DNA of 64,000 bases, from assembly GCA_040772545.1 (NCBI GenBank), contig JAXGXY010000002.1, positions 166,521 through 230,520 of the forward strand, in the 5' to 3' direction. Position numbers and translations under genes: made by a program. The notes beneath the pieces are model-generated. The model saw only the letters and a program-made list of their open reading frames with translations, had not been told where the DNA came from and searched no databases. Source of the DNA: Christensenellales bacterium (GTDB lineage: Bacteria; Bacillota; Clostridia; Christensenellales; UBA1431). Numbering within the stretch: the first letter of the stretch is position 1; the number at the start of each line of letters is the position of its first letter. Positions 48,907 through 58,962 of this stretch are shown piece by piece.

Positions 48907-51900
48907 TTACTCCTTCCCGTATTTCTCCTCAAAGAACCGCCATGCGGTCTCGTAGTCCTGCTCGCGGTCGCAGCGGTCGAAGGGGGCGACGTATTCGATG
49001 GTGCGCTCCACGGGGCCGCCGGGTTGGGTATCGTCGGTGATGGTGCGGTAGAACTTCTGCCCGGCGGGAGCACCCTTTATGCCGTTTTCCCATGTGGGGC
49101 GGTCGTAGCCCACGCCGATGAGGGAGCGGTTATTGGTGAACACGATGCGGCCATTGCCGTCGTACCAGGTGTCGGCCTCGTAGCTCTGCAGCACCGGGAA
49201 CTGGATGCGGTAGATGGTCTTGAGCTGCTCCAGCGTCATACCAAGTGCCTGCGCCGTAAGGACATCAATCTCCACCAGCGCCTGCCGCCGCTCATAGTCA
49301 GTACGAAGTGGGGTATCCCATGTCCATTCTGATGTAAGAGAAGTGAAGCGTTCCGGGCGAAGACGCGGGTCAGATTTTGACCATGTGTCCTTGACGCATT
49401 CGTTAACATATGCTTTTCCCCATAGTGCCCTGTACTGGTCTGTCAAACAATTTAACAGAAGAATTCGAGTAGCTGCTCCGTTCACATTTACAAGAGGGAA
49501 TTTCTCATAAATATCCCAGAAGGCAATACCTTTGCCAGTAACTTTCATAAGATAGTCGTATGGTAACGAAACAAATAGAGCGGCACAAGAAACGAGTACT
49601 GATAAATTTTTAAACGAAAAACTGAATGTTGTATTTATGTGGGCAGAATGTGGCGGAATAATTGCGGCAAATAAAGTCCGCTCACCACCGATATTTAGCA
49701 TAGAACGCGTAATCAATCTATAAGCGTCGGTATGCTTATCATTCCATGTAGTTGACGGTATTAACTGCAGGTATTTTTCCTTTGCACATGCCGGTAGATA
49801 GTTACAGCGTTGGAAATAATTATTAGGCAGTGTTGTTAAATCAATATTATCATAGTCGCTATTAAGCCGACATTCACTCCGAGAGCACTTGAACAAGGGA
49901 TTTGCAAGGCTGATATGTGGCCCCGAATAAATCATTTCATATGGTAATTGTGGAAAATGCACGCTTCTTTTGATTATTCCATCTTTCTGAGCGTTGGTTT
50001 CGTGCCACATTGCAGTAGTCATTATTTCATTGCTTTTATTACCCAAAAACAGTTCTTGCTCAGCAAAGAATTCCAGAACACCAGTTAATGCCTGCGCATG
50101 GAGAACTGGCAAACGAGCTTGCCGCCACTCCTCGTTTCCATCAAACAGTTTGGCAAAAACTTGAAGTTGTTTCTTTCCAACGTGCACGACACGGTCGGGA
50201 TGGCCAGCTTTGCTCCAATCCCCATTTTTATCCTTTATTCCCGGAACGACCCCCCTAATGCTGTCGTCGTAGCATTGTTCAATCGTACTAACCTCGTAGA
50301 GATTACTGATGCTGTCGAAAGACGGCATCAGTGGACCACCATACACATTCAAACTGAATGTTGTATGGTGGTCCACTTCGGCAAACAATTTTAACTCATT
50401 TGCGAATTGGAAATGACGACGCAAACGAGTATAAAGCATTTGCCGAAGTGCACCACCCCTCGGGTCGTCATAGACGCCCTCGGGATGAACAAAAGCGGAC
50501 ACGCCCGCTTTTGAATTAAACGCCCACGCCTGAGGCAGAAAGCATTTAAAGAGATTCGTCTGTTGACCCTTAAGCGAAAGATAGTTTGCGGTAGCGTTTA
50601 AGAAAGATTGTGTTCCAGACATGGATTCATACTCGGTAAAATACATTTTTTTCGTTTCACCGTTTATAAGTGCGTCAGCGCGGCGTTGCGTGGTTTGCGT
50701 TGCCGTTAGATTTTTTACAGCAAACATGGGGTGGCTATCAGATAATACCGCATTTTCATTCCACTCCATTTTTATCCAAGGCGGATTTCCGATTACCAAG
50801 TCGAACCCGCCACGCTCCGCAAACAGGTCGGCAAACTCCAGTTCCCAGTGCATAAAGCGGTTCTGCCGGGCAATATCCCGCACCATCCCAAGACGCGGCT
50901 GCTGGGCGCAGAGTTTCGGAATATCCACCACTCCCATACCACTGTACTGCTGGGACATATCCAGCACAAGCTGCTCCGCCTCGGAGGGGAATAGCGATAG
51001 TTGTCCCATCTTCACCTCTTTGGAAACGGCCGCAAAGGTGTCGATGGTGCCCTCCAGTATGAAGCCCATGTCCGCTAAAAACTCTGAGCGGCTGGGCAGA
51101 AGATCAGCCTTGTCGATGGGCCAGAACCACAGGGCGCACCAGTAATCCATGGCAAATTTGAGTCTTGCATAAGGCCCCGCGTTGCGCATCTCCTCGGAGA
51201 GATACAGCTTTTTATAGATCATATCCTTCTCGCGGATGGTGGTGCGAACTGCGACAGTCTCCTCCGGCTGCCCCCAAACGGAGAGAGGGTCGGATGTCTT
51301 CTCGTCGATTTCCCGGCGTAGCTCGATGACCTGTTCCCACAGCTTGTCTACCACGCCGGAAAGACGCAGTGCAGTTTGAACATCATCCTCGGAAAAGGGC
51401 TTGGTAAACTTCTTGTTCCATTCCTTGATTACCTTTATATTATCCGGGGCAAGGCTCTTGATGACCTTGTCGGTATAGTTTGACATTCCGGTATCACCTG
51501 TGAAGAAGTGGTACACTTGCGATTTCGGCTTGCGCTTGCCGTCCGTGGGTATGCGCTCCGGCTCGGAATCATACCAATGGGTGCCGGTGGCCTGCAGCTG
51601 TGAGATGTGATAGCACTGCCGCCGTGCGCCGATGAGGGAGTTGCCACAGACAAGCTGGGTGTTGAACCACGGCACATAGCCGCCGCCGAAGATGGTGTTT
51701 AGCCACAGGGATACCTCCGCCAGCTCCACGGCGATGGGGTTCAGGTCAATGCCGTAGACATTGCGGTCGGCAATATACATTTTGATGCGCTGAAGCTCCT
51801 CGCCACGGCTTTCGTGGGAGACCTCTCTGCCGGTCTCCTTCTGCTTCCGGTCGAGGTATGCTTCCGCCAGCTGGGTGATAGCCTCGTTCAAGAATGCGGC

Positions 51901-53622
51901 GGAGCCCATTGCAGGTTCCATGATGGTTAAGTGGAGTATCTCGTCAGCGGTCTTGCCCTCCAGAAGCTCCTTGAGAGCATACTTAACAAGGCACTTTGTC
52001 AGCACCTCCGGTGTGTAATAGGATGCGGACTTTTCCCGCTCCCGCCCGGCGAGGCGATAGATAAAGGTGCCTTTTTCGTATTTGCGCAGCCTTCCGTCCG
52101 GGTAGCGGGCGCGCTCCGCCTCGGTGTAGTTATCAAGCTCTCGTTCCGGTACGAAATATCCGACGTCCAGCTCGTTTATCTCGTCGCGCTCTCGCTTGAC
52201 CTCAAAAAGTGTCTCCTGCGCAATGAAACCACGGTAGCTGAGCAGAGCCTCGTACACCGCTCCCATCTGGTTGATGCCGAGAGTAGAATAGGATATACGT
52301 CCGCGCCGAGACCCTCTGCGCCCGGTATCACGGGTGAGACTCATCTTTTTGATGATCTGCAGCATGATGCGGTTGCGTATCTTTGCCGCCGTAAGCATGG
52401 GCGTAAATTCAGGGTCGAAGATATGCGCCTTCAGCGGCTCTATCACGAAGATATCGTGGACAGAGTCGCTCTGCTGAAGGGTCTTCAATTCTTCCTCGGT
52501 TTCGGGATAGCCGTTGTATATCAGGTCGTAGAGCTTGGAGAGCGTCTCGTGCAAATAGAAGCCCTCGCCCACAGCAGCAGTATCTTCATTTATGTTGTCG
52601 GCAATATCGCGCAAACTGTCCAGAGAATAGCCCTGTACATAGGCCTGCGCTTTCATGGGCGCATAGCCGAGCTCCGGGCGGGATTCGATGAACAGGACGA
52701 ACAGCATGCGGTACATATAGCGCAGGCATTCCATCGAGAGTGCGGATGCGTCAACCGGCTCGGCGTTCAGGTCGCGCCCCAGTCGATGAGACATATCATA
52801 GAGGACCTCGTTGCCGAGCAGTTCAATACTCTCTCGCAGCGCATATTTCAAGTCCTGCGATACACCGGAAGCGTGTTTATGCGAGTTTTCATCCAGTTCA
52901 TCCAGCAGACTGCCGCCCTCCTCAGGGCAGAGACTGTCATGGTGCAGCAGTACAGACAAGGCCTGCAAGGTGGATTCCTCACGGCGGCCGAATATCTCAT
53001 CCAAATCGAACTCAAGGTAGCGCTTTTCATTCCATTTGTTGCGGTCTACAAGGGCGATAGAGCTTTCACCGAAGAGAAGTATCCAACGGGGCGGCTCGCC
53101 CATCGAAAAGAACACCTTTGAAATAAGCTCTTCGTTGGCAATCGGCGTAACTGTGGTGCCAGAAGTCTGCGTATTCACGCTTGCGGCATCAAAGCAGGAG
53201 CCGTGCATAAGCCCGCTATCATAATCCTCGGCATTCATGGACAGCAGCACCCACAGGAGCGGTGCACCGTCATGCTTTTTCACCTCGATATAGGGATAGG
53301 TCTCAACGTTATCTACAACGGGCACTGAGATCGGCGATGCCTCCCCAAAACCGAGAGCCGACAATACGCTATCTGCCATCTCCACTACAGAGGGTAGCAC
53401 CTGTGCGCCGTTTCTGGCGCGTATGCTTTTATCGTGGAGAACATAGTACTGCCGGGCGCAGTCACGCAGAAGCGACCACGGAGTGCGAAGCTCCTCCGAC
53501 TCCTTTGCGGATGCCCGCCATGCGCTAAGCGTGTCAGCAGCGTTTTCCTCAAATACGGAGGCAAAGTAGTGGTTGGTATAGTATTCGTTAATATTGTTGA
53601 TGCCGGTTAAATCCATGCTCAT
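48907..53622 (-). CDS. Large N6-adenine DNA methyltransferase (Eco57I/type IIG-like, DrmMI-related)
   Basis: SYYTPE, EPAMGSAAF, YGIDLNPIAVELA and GFDLVIGNPPW motifs. Confidence 0.9.
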   Translation of the reverse strand: MSMDLTGINNINEYYTNHYFASVFEENAADTLSAWRASAKESEELRTPWSLLRDCARQYYVLHDKSIRARNGAQVLPSVVEMADSVLSALGFGEASPISVPVVDNVETYPYIEVKKHDGAPLLWVLLSMNAEDYDSGLMHGSCFDAASVNTQTSGTTVTPIANEELISKVFFSMGEPPRWILLFGESSIALVDRNKWNEKRYLEFDLDEIFGRREESTLQALSVLLHHDSLCPEEGGSLLDELDENSHKHASGVSQDLKYALRESIELLGNEVLYDMSHRLGRDLNAEPVDASALSMECLRYMYRMLFVLFIESRPELGYAPMKAQAYVQGYSLDSLRDIADNINEDTAAVGEGFYLHETLSKLYDLIYNGYPETEEELKTLQQSDSVHDIFVIEPLKAHIFDPEFTPMLTAAKIRNRIMLQIIKKMSLTRDTGRRGSRRGRISYSTLGINQMGAVYEALLSYRGFIAQETLFEVKRERDEINELDVGYFVPERELDNYTEAERARYPDGRLRKYEKGTFIYRLAGREREKSASYYTPEVLTKCLVKYALKELLEGKTADEILHLTIMEPAMGSAAFLNEAITQLAEAYLDRKQKETGREVSHESRGEELQRIKMYIADRNVYGIDLNPIAVELAEVSLWLNTIFGGGYVPWFNTQLVCGNSLIGARRQCYHISQLQATGTHWYDSEPERIPTDGKRKPKSQVYHFFTGDTGMSNYTDKVIKSLAPDNIKVIKEWNKKFTKPFSEDDVQTALRLSGVVDKLWEQVIELRREIDEKTSDPLSVWGQPEETVAVRTTIREKDMIYKKLYLSEEMRNAGPYARLKFAMDYWCALWFWPIDKADLLPSRSEFLADMGFILEGTIDTFAAVSKEVKMGQLSLFPSEAEQLVLDMSQQYSGMGVVDIPKLCAQQPRLGMVRDIARQNRFMHWELEFADLFAERGGFDLVIGNPPWIKMEWNENAVLSDSHPMFAVKNLTATQTTQRRADALINGETKKMYFTEYESMSGTQSFLNATANYLSLKGQQTNLFKCFLPQAWAFNSKAGVSAFVHPEGVYDDPRGGALRQMLYTRLRRHFQFANELKLFAEVDHHTTFSLNVYGGPLMPSFDSISNLYEVSTIEQCYDDSIRGVVPGIKDKNGDWSKAGHPDRVVHVGKKQLQVFAKLFDGNEEWRQARLPVLHAQALTGVLEFFAEQELFLGNKSNEIMTTAMWHETNAQKDGIIKRSVHFPQLPYEMIYSGPHISLANPLFKCSRSECRLNSDYDNIDLTTLPNNYFQRCNYLPACAKEKYLQLIPSTTWNDKHTDAYRLITRSMLNIGGERTLFAAIIPPHSAHINTTFSFSFKNLSVLVSCAALFVSLPYDYLMKVTGKGIAFWDIYEKFPLVNVNGAATRILLLNCLTDQYRALWGKAYVNECVKDTWSKSDPRLRPERFTSLTSEWTWDTPLRTDYERRQALVEIDVLTAQALGMTLEQLKTIYRIQFPVLQSYEADTWYDGNGRIVFTNNRSLIGVGYDRPTWENGIKGAPAGQKFYRTITDDTQPGGPVERTIEYVAPFDRCDREQDYETAWRFFEEKYGKE

Positions 53623-53624
53623 AC

Positions 53625-56456
53625 TTACACCCCCACGATCGCTGCGATAATACGCAGAAATGGCACATTTTCTATTTCAAGCGTGTCCTTCACCCAGTCG
53701 GTAAATTCTTCGAATATGCGGTCGACTTCGCGCTCTTTCTCGCTCTTCTGTCGCTCAAAAAGGGACAGCTGCTCTATGGTTTCCTTGTGCCGTTCCTGTA
53801 GCCCAATCAGCTTATCAAGCTCCTCATTGAGCTTAGGGTTGATTCTTCCCCAATACTCGGCACAGCGTTCAGACATGATGATTCTTGCCTGCGCAACCGC
53901 TGCTGGTATAAGCGACTGTGCGGTAGAGACAGCCGTAGCCGGGATATTATTTCGGTTTGGCATATCCGTGCGCCCGTAGCCGGTTTTTGCAATGACTTCT
54001 TCCATAGAGAGGTTGCCTTCGTATTTGCTGCCGGAAAAACGCAATCCGAACCACTCGTCTACCACCGGGGTTGACTTGCGGTTTGGTATTGTCCCCGCGA
54101 CTATGAACACACAATCAATCGTCGGCAGCGTTCCTGTTACGCCGATGAGCGGGGTCTCGTTTCTTCCAAAGAGAAGCCCTGCTTTGTCGTTGATCCACTC
54201 AAATATGGGGTGCAGTGGCCAGAGGTATTGTACAGTTGGCCACGCGTTCTCTGACATGCTGTTTTGCAGGCTGCGTCGCATCTCGGACATACAAAATTTC
54301 TTGTCAGGGCTAAGCTGAAGATAGTTTTCCCGGGGCTTGATTTCATCCGGCAATACAACATCCAACCTACGCTGCAAATCCGGGGTTATTTCTATTTCTA
54401 CACCCTCGACTGTTTGCAGATTGTGAATAGGATGCCTGTCCGACTGCGCAAAAAAAGCAACAGCGGTCTTCAAATAGTCCAAATCGCGGAAAAGCGTCTC
54501 ATCGTGATGGACTGTCGGCTGCGGATTACTGTCACCGCTCCCGGACATCAACAGCTCGAACGGGTCGAATTCATCATTTGCTTTGTCTATATTTTGCTCG
54601 AATGCAGCTGCATCGATATTGGATTCAATCGCTGCAGCCGTGAAGAGCTCTTCCGACTCGACATTGAACAACCCCATCAACAGCGCAGGGTCACCGATGT
54701 TTTTATAAGCCTGTTCCTCTTTGTTGATCAGTATTTTCAGTATTCGCGTATCACCGTGAATGTCAGTATTGGTGCTGTTTATCAAGAAATAACGGATATC
54801 CGGTTGTTCTCGCTGACCATAACGGTCAATTCTGCCGTTTCGCTGTTGAAAGACCATCAGCGACCACGGAATATCAAAGTGTATCAGGCGATGGCAGAGA
54901 TAATGCAAATTGATACCTTCGGAGGCAACATCAGACGCTACCAGAATGCGTATCGGTGAATCTTCACGCCCAAAGTCCTCAACGATCTGCTGTTGCTCCT
55001 TGTCACTCATGCCGCCGTACATTTCCGGCACTGCGGCATCCGAGAGTCGTAGGTCTTTACGCAACTGAGAGGCTAGAAAACGCATGGTTTCGATTCGCTC
55101 GGTGAAAATTACAATACGGTCATCACTCTTATTTGCAGACCAGCAATATTCCGAGCTTTTCAAAAGTTCAACAAGTCGGGTATACCGTGAGAACGAGCCA
55201 ATGTCTATCTGGTCGAGGGCTGTCTTCAATTCTCGAAGCTTTTTTATATCCCCGATTTCATCATTGGCATACTTTTTCTCAAGCTTTTTCAGTCGCTCCT
55301 CAATGCTTTTTATGCAGGCCGCAGGACTGGAAAACAGGCTTTTTTCGAGGCTCGTTTTAAAGAGCGTACCTGTAAGATGATGGGCAGCTATATCCATATC
55401 CAGCTTCATATCCGCAAAGATGGCGTATGCACGCTCTTCGGCAGGAGAAGCTTGACATTGCAATGTGCTGACACGACGCTCTTTGAATGCGCCGCGCACT
55501 TCATTTTGAATATCCTTTTTGAACCGGCGAATGCAAAGCCCTTGAATGTCTTCCTTTGTATAATTATGTATATCCGCGATGGCGGTAGGGTCAAGCATGT
55601 TCATTAGAGAGGCAAAGCTTTCACTGCGGCCATCATGAGGTGTGGCGGATAACAGAATAAGTGTATCACTGCGCCCAGCCAGCAACTTGGCAAGTCGAGC
55701 TCGCTGGCTCTGGGATTGGTTGTTACCACGGTCAGCCACATTATGCGCTTCATCAATAATAATGATGTCCCATGTGGCATTTTCCAAATGCGTCCGATAC
55801 TCCACATCACGCTTTAGGGTATCGATAGAAATAATGGTCTTATCATAATAAAAGAACGGATTGTGATTTGAAGGCAGCTTTGCTCTGACCCTTTGAATGT
55901 TGCCGGAATCCAGACGCACAAGAGGGATAGAGAAGCGGTTCCAGAATTCTTTCTGGAACTGAAGCATCATGCTTTTTACCGTAACGACAAGGATGCGTTT
56001 TCCCTTGCCTCGCATCATTAGCTCTGAAACAAGGATACCGGCTTCGAGCGTTTTGCCCAAGCCGACTGTGTCTGCGATTAGAATGCGTTGCCTGGGGCGG
56101 CCAAGTGCGAGAGCTGCCGGTTCTAATTGATAGTTCAAGGCATCCATAGCGGCTCTATCGCCTATATGCAAATTGGCATCCGTCGGTATTTGCTGACGCC
56201 ACTGGCTTTCCATATAAAGCCGGGACTTTCTGAAAAACGGAGAGTCATCCGCAACCAGCTTAGTCGCGGCCGGATCTACAAGATCAATGCTCTCAAGCTC
56301 GGTAATAAAGATGCTCTTTTTATCTTTAACGAGCGGAGAAACGCCAACACAGTACAAGGACTGCGAACCGAGAGTGTTACTCTCGACCTTTTTAACAGTC
56401 CATTCTTCGTCTCTGACGATGATTCTCATGCCCGGAGAAAAATCAATTGAAACCAT
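53625..56456 (-). CDS. SNF2-family helicase (DrmD-related)
   Basis: LIADTVGLGKT, IDEAH, LSATPH, SEGINL and QRNGRIDRYGQ motifs. Confidence 0.9.
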   Translation of the reverse strand: MVSIDFSPGMRIIVRDEEWTVKKVESNTLGSQSLYCVGVSPLVKDKKSIFITELESIDLVDPAATKLVADDSPFFRKSRLYMESQWRQQIPTDANLHIGDRAAMDALNYQLEPAALALGRPRQRILIADTVGLGKTLEAGILVSELMMRGKGKRILVVTVKSMMLQFQKEFWNRFSIPLVRLDSGNIQRVRAKLPSNHNPFFYYDKTIISIDTLKRDVEYRTHLENATWDIIIIDEAHNVADRGNNQSQSQRARLAKLLAGRSDTLILLSATPHDGRSESFASLMNMLDPTAIADIHNYTKEDIQGLCIRRFKKDIQNEVRGAFKERRVSTLQCQASPAEERAYAIFADMKLDMDIAAHHLTGTLFKTSLEKSLFSSPAACIKSIEERLKKLEKKYANDEIGDIKKLRELKTALDQIDIGSFSRYTRLVELLKSSEYCWSANKSDDRIVIFTERIETMRFLASQLRKDLRLSDAAVPEMYGGMSDKEQQQIVEDFGREDSPIRILVASDVASEGINLHYLCHRLIHFDIPWSLMVFQQRNGRIDRYGQREQPDIRYFLINSTNTDIHGDTRILKILINKEEQAYKNIGDPALLMGLFNVESEELFTAAAIESNIDAAAFEQNIDKANDEFDPFELLMSGSGDSNPQPTVHHDETLFRDLDYLKTAVAFFAQSDRHPIHNLQTVEGVEIEITPDLQRRLDVVLPDEIKPRENYLQLSPDKKFCMSEMRRSLQNSMSENAWPTVQYLWPLHPIFEWINDKAGLLFGRNETPLIGVTGTLPTIDCVFIVAGTIPNRKSTPVVDEWFGLRFSGSKYEGNLSMEEVIAKTGYGRTDMPNRNNIPATAVSTAQSLIPAAVAQARIIMSERCAEYWGRINPKLNEELDKLIGLQERHKETIEQLSLFERQKSEKEREVDRIFEEFTDWVKDTLEIENVPFLRIIAAIVGV

Positions 56457-56498
56457 ATCAATCCCTCACATCCGCCGTTTTTGGTTTGGAAGTATATG

Positions 56499-56690
56499 TC
56501 AAGTCTTTTCTTTGGTATACTTGCCGCTCTTTATCCGTGCATCGCTTGGCTTTTTAGCATCAGCGGGGATTGCCCATGTGTAGTCAATGCGAATAACTCC
56601 CGGAATACGGTTCTCGGCGCATAAGACTTGGATACGTCTGCGGGATATTCCCCATTTCTCAGCAGTCTGGCGAATAGACAGATACTCCAT
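56499..56690 (-). CDS. Small winged-HTH DNA-binding protein
   Basis: MEYLSIRQTAEKWGISRRRIQVLC..RIPG...WAIPADAKKP. Confidence 0.8.
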   Translation of the reverse strand: MEYLSIRQTAEKWGISRRRIQVLCAENRIPGVIRIDYTWAIPADAKKPSDARIKSGKYTKEKT

Positions 56691-57315
56691 TTTGTACGCT
56701 CCAATCATTTTGATGCAAAAATATGCCCTGCAGAGTCATCTACAGAGCACTCATTACTACGCAGCTGGCTGCCAGCCGATACCGGTTGAGGCACTGAAGC
56801 TTTGCGTCGCTGCCTTTCGACAACTTTACCAATTACATCAAATAGTATATGCCAAGCTGCGAACAAAATCAATAGCAGTATGTAAATAATCCATGATTGC
56901 ACAAAACTTTTTAATTGAGGTTACACTCATCTCCCGGGAGATGTTCAAATCTCCGGCGCTCTTCACTGTCAGACCGTCACCTAGTATCGTATTAAGTTTC
57001 GCGGAATTGCGCAGGGGGGATACCTTTGATGTCGCCGGCATTAAGGATGATACTGTATTATCTGGCGAAACGGCTGTACGAATCAGATGCGGATGCGCAT
57101 AAACGGTGTCGTTTCTTTCGCCGCTCTGTTCAAAAAATACCGGAAAATACATATGAAATCTGCTGCTCACGCCAGCTTTTCAGTGTGTATAGCACACAAT
57201 TCCAAACCATATCATTAGCATGTTTTTCTACCATAAGTAGCGGCGACAGGTATTGATAATCCACAGTTTGTATGGCTATATGTAACTGCGTTAAGCGCAG
57301 AAGGGTGGTACAAAA

Positions 57316-58179
57316 ATGGAATTCAAGTACAATGTAACCGGCAACGATCGCAAGCGTCTGGTCATGGCAATCGCAGAGCATCTCGAATGCGACGCCAAAT
57401 ACCTCGGAATGCCTACAGCGGCATACCAAGTGGACTACTTCACCATCAGCAAGGACGGCACACTTTCCTTTGATGACCGTACCGACAGCGACGAGGTGGA
57501 GCTGCTGGTCGAGGCGCTTCTGGAAAAAGGCTTCGAGCCGGAACCGCGCTTCGAAGACTTACGGATGACTGAGGAAGAAGAGCTGGGGCTCGGCAGACTG
57601 CGCCGCGACTCCATCGGCGAGAACGGTATGCAGCCTAGCGATGTTCCCGACGATGATAAGCTTGAGTATGTTGGCGACTCGCTCATTCTTTCCTACCCGC
57701 GTAAGGACATCAGTGATGCGGCGCTCGATAACCTGCGGCTGCTGGTGGCAAGCAAGGAGAAGCTCATCAAAAAGGCGCTGGGCGCGGACACGCTGCCGAT
57801 TGAGGTCATGGACGAGGCAGTCAGCTTCCCGTGGTTTGCGGGCTTCCCGCAGCTGGAGGAAATCAGCGCCTACGCCCACTTCACCGGCAAGCTCATCGGC
57901 ATGGCGAAAACTCAGAAGCGTGTCACCGCCAAGGAGAAGGACACCAACAACGAGAAGTACGCATTTCGCTGCTTCCTGTTGCGGCTTGGCTTCATCGGCG
58001 ACGAGTACAAAGCAGCGCGTAAGATTCTACTTCGCAACCTCTCCGGCAGCGGCGCTTTCAAGAGCGGCAATCCGAAGGTACAGGAGATGGTCGAACGCAT
58101 CGAAGCGGACGCCGGTCTTTACGATGACGTGATGAGCCTGCAGGACAAGGAGGCGACTGACGATGATATTTCCGAGTAA
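57316..58179 (+). CDS. Firmicutes prophage 'virulence-related' conserved protein
   Basis: RKRLV.AI, YLGMPTAAY, FPWF and NEKYAFRCFLLRLGFIGDEYK.ARKILLRNLSG. Confidence 0.75.
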   Translation: MEFKYNVTGNDRKRLVMAIAEHLECDAKYLGMPTAAYQVDYFTISKDGTLSFDDRTDSDEVELLVEALLEKGFEPEPRFEDLRMTEEEELGLGRLRRDSIGENGMQPSDVPDDDKLEYVGDSLILSYPRKDISDAALDNLRLLVASKEKLIKKALGADTLPIEVMDEAVSFPWFAGFPQLEEISAYAHFTGKLIGMAKTQKRVTAKEKDTNNEKYAFRCFLLRLGFIGDEYKAARKILLRNLSGSGAFKSGNPKVQEMVERIEADAGLYDDVMSLQDKEATDDDISE

Positions 58180-58393
58180 GGAGCTTGTCGAAAGCCTCCG
58201 CAAGCGTTACCCGGTCGGCTGCCGAGTGGAGCTTGTCCGCATAGACGACCCACAAGCGCCGCCGGTCGGCACCAAAGGCACCGTGCGCGGCGTGGACGAC
58301 ATCGGCTCGGTCATGGTGGCATGGGACAACGGCTGCGTCCTGTCCGTGGCTTACGGTGAGGACGCCTGCAAGGCGATGAGCGGCGATGAGTGA
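58163..58393 (+). CDS. DUF4314-like phage protein
   Basis: YPVGCRVEL..DDPQAPPVGTKGTVRGVDDIG..V.WDNG. Confidence 0.8.
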   Translation: MIFPSKELVESLRKRYPVGCRVELVRIDDPQAPPVGTKGTVRGVDDIGSVMVAWDNGCVLSVAYGEDACKAMSGDE

Positions 58394-58562
58394 AACGGTC
58401 AAGAAGCAGATTCTCGCCATCCGCGACACTGGGCTGACGAATATGTTCGATGTCCGCACGGTGCAACACATCGCCAACGACATGGAATTCTACGAGCTGG
58501 TGGTGTATCTGGAGGAGCATCGACGCGAATACGCGCATTTCATTCTCACCGGCGAAGCGTAA
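58386..58562 (+). CDS. DUF5049-like phage protein (58 aa, missing from the ORF track)
   Basis: Translated by hand: MSETVKKQILAIRDTGLTNMFDVRTVQHIANDMEFYELVVYLEEHRREYAHFILTGEA. Confidence 0.8.
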   Translation: MSETVKKQILAIRDTGLTNMFDVRTVQHIANDMEFYELVVYLEEHRREYAHFILTGEA

Positions 58563-58694
58563 ACTACACAATTCCGGCGGCGAAATTCGCTGTAAAGATC
58601 GTATAGTTTATGCCGGTATATATCGCGGAATTGCCTTGCTATAGTGTGCTTTTAGAGCGATCATGTGTACAACAAAACAAAGGAGGCACACCCC

Positions 58695-58874
58695 ATGACA
58701 GACAAGCAGTTGAAACAGGCAAAAAGCCAGCTCCCGCAGGGCGAGCGCTTCGACCGAGCCTACAGCGCCTTTGAAGGCGGTATCAGGCTGATTTCCAAGA
58801 AAGCCGACGGCACGGAAACCCGCTACAAAGTACACTTCGAAGCTGACGACAATGTTCGCATCGAAAGATTCTAA
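58695..58874 (+). CDS. Small phage hypothetical protein
   Basis: AAGGAGG RBS; MTDKQLKQAKSQLPQGERFDRAY... Confidence 0.65.
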   Translation: MTDKQLKQAKSQLPQGERFDRAYSAFEGGIRLISKKADGTETRYKVHFEADDNVRIERF

Positions 58875-58937
58875 GCCCAGCGACAGCGACGGGAACAGCC
58901 CTTGACGGGGCTGTATCTCGTACACATAGATTTTTGA

Positions 58938-58962
58938 AGGCACCGAAGGGTGTCTATTTTTT
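58938..58962 (+). terminator. Rho-independent terminator between convergent genes
   Basis: AGGCACC-GAAG-GGTGTCT followed by a T-run; a second hairpin ACAGCCC/GGGCTGT lies at 58895-58914. Confidence 0.55.

Noticed and set aside
48907..56456. BREX (PglX) system
   Set aside because: No PglZ phosphatase, BrxC ATPase or BrxL gene in the window.
56705..57250. Short overlapping ORFs upstream of the defence block
   Set aside because: No motifs or convincing RBS. Treated as intergenic or decayed sequence.
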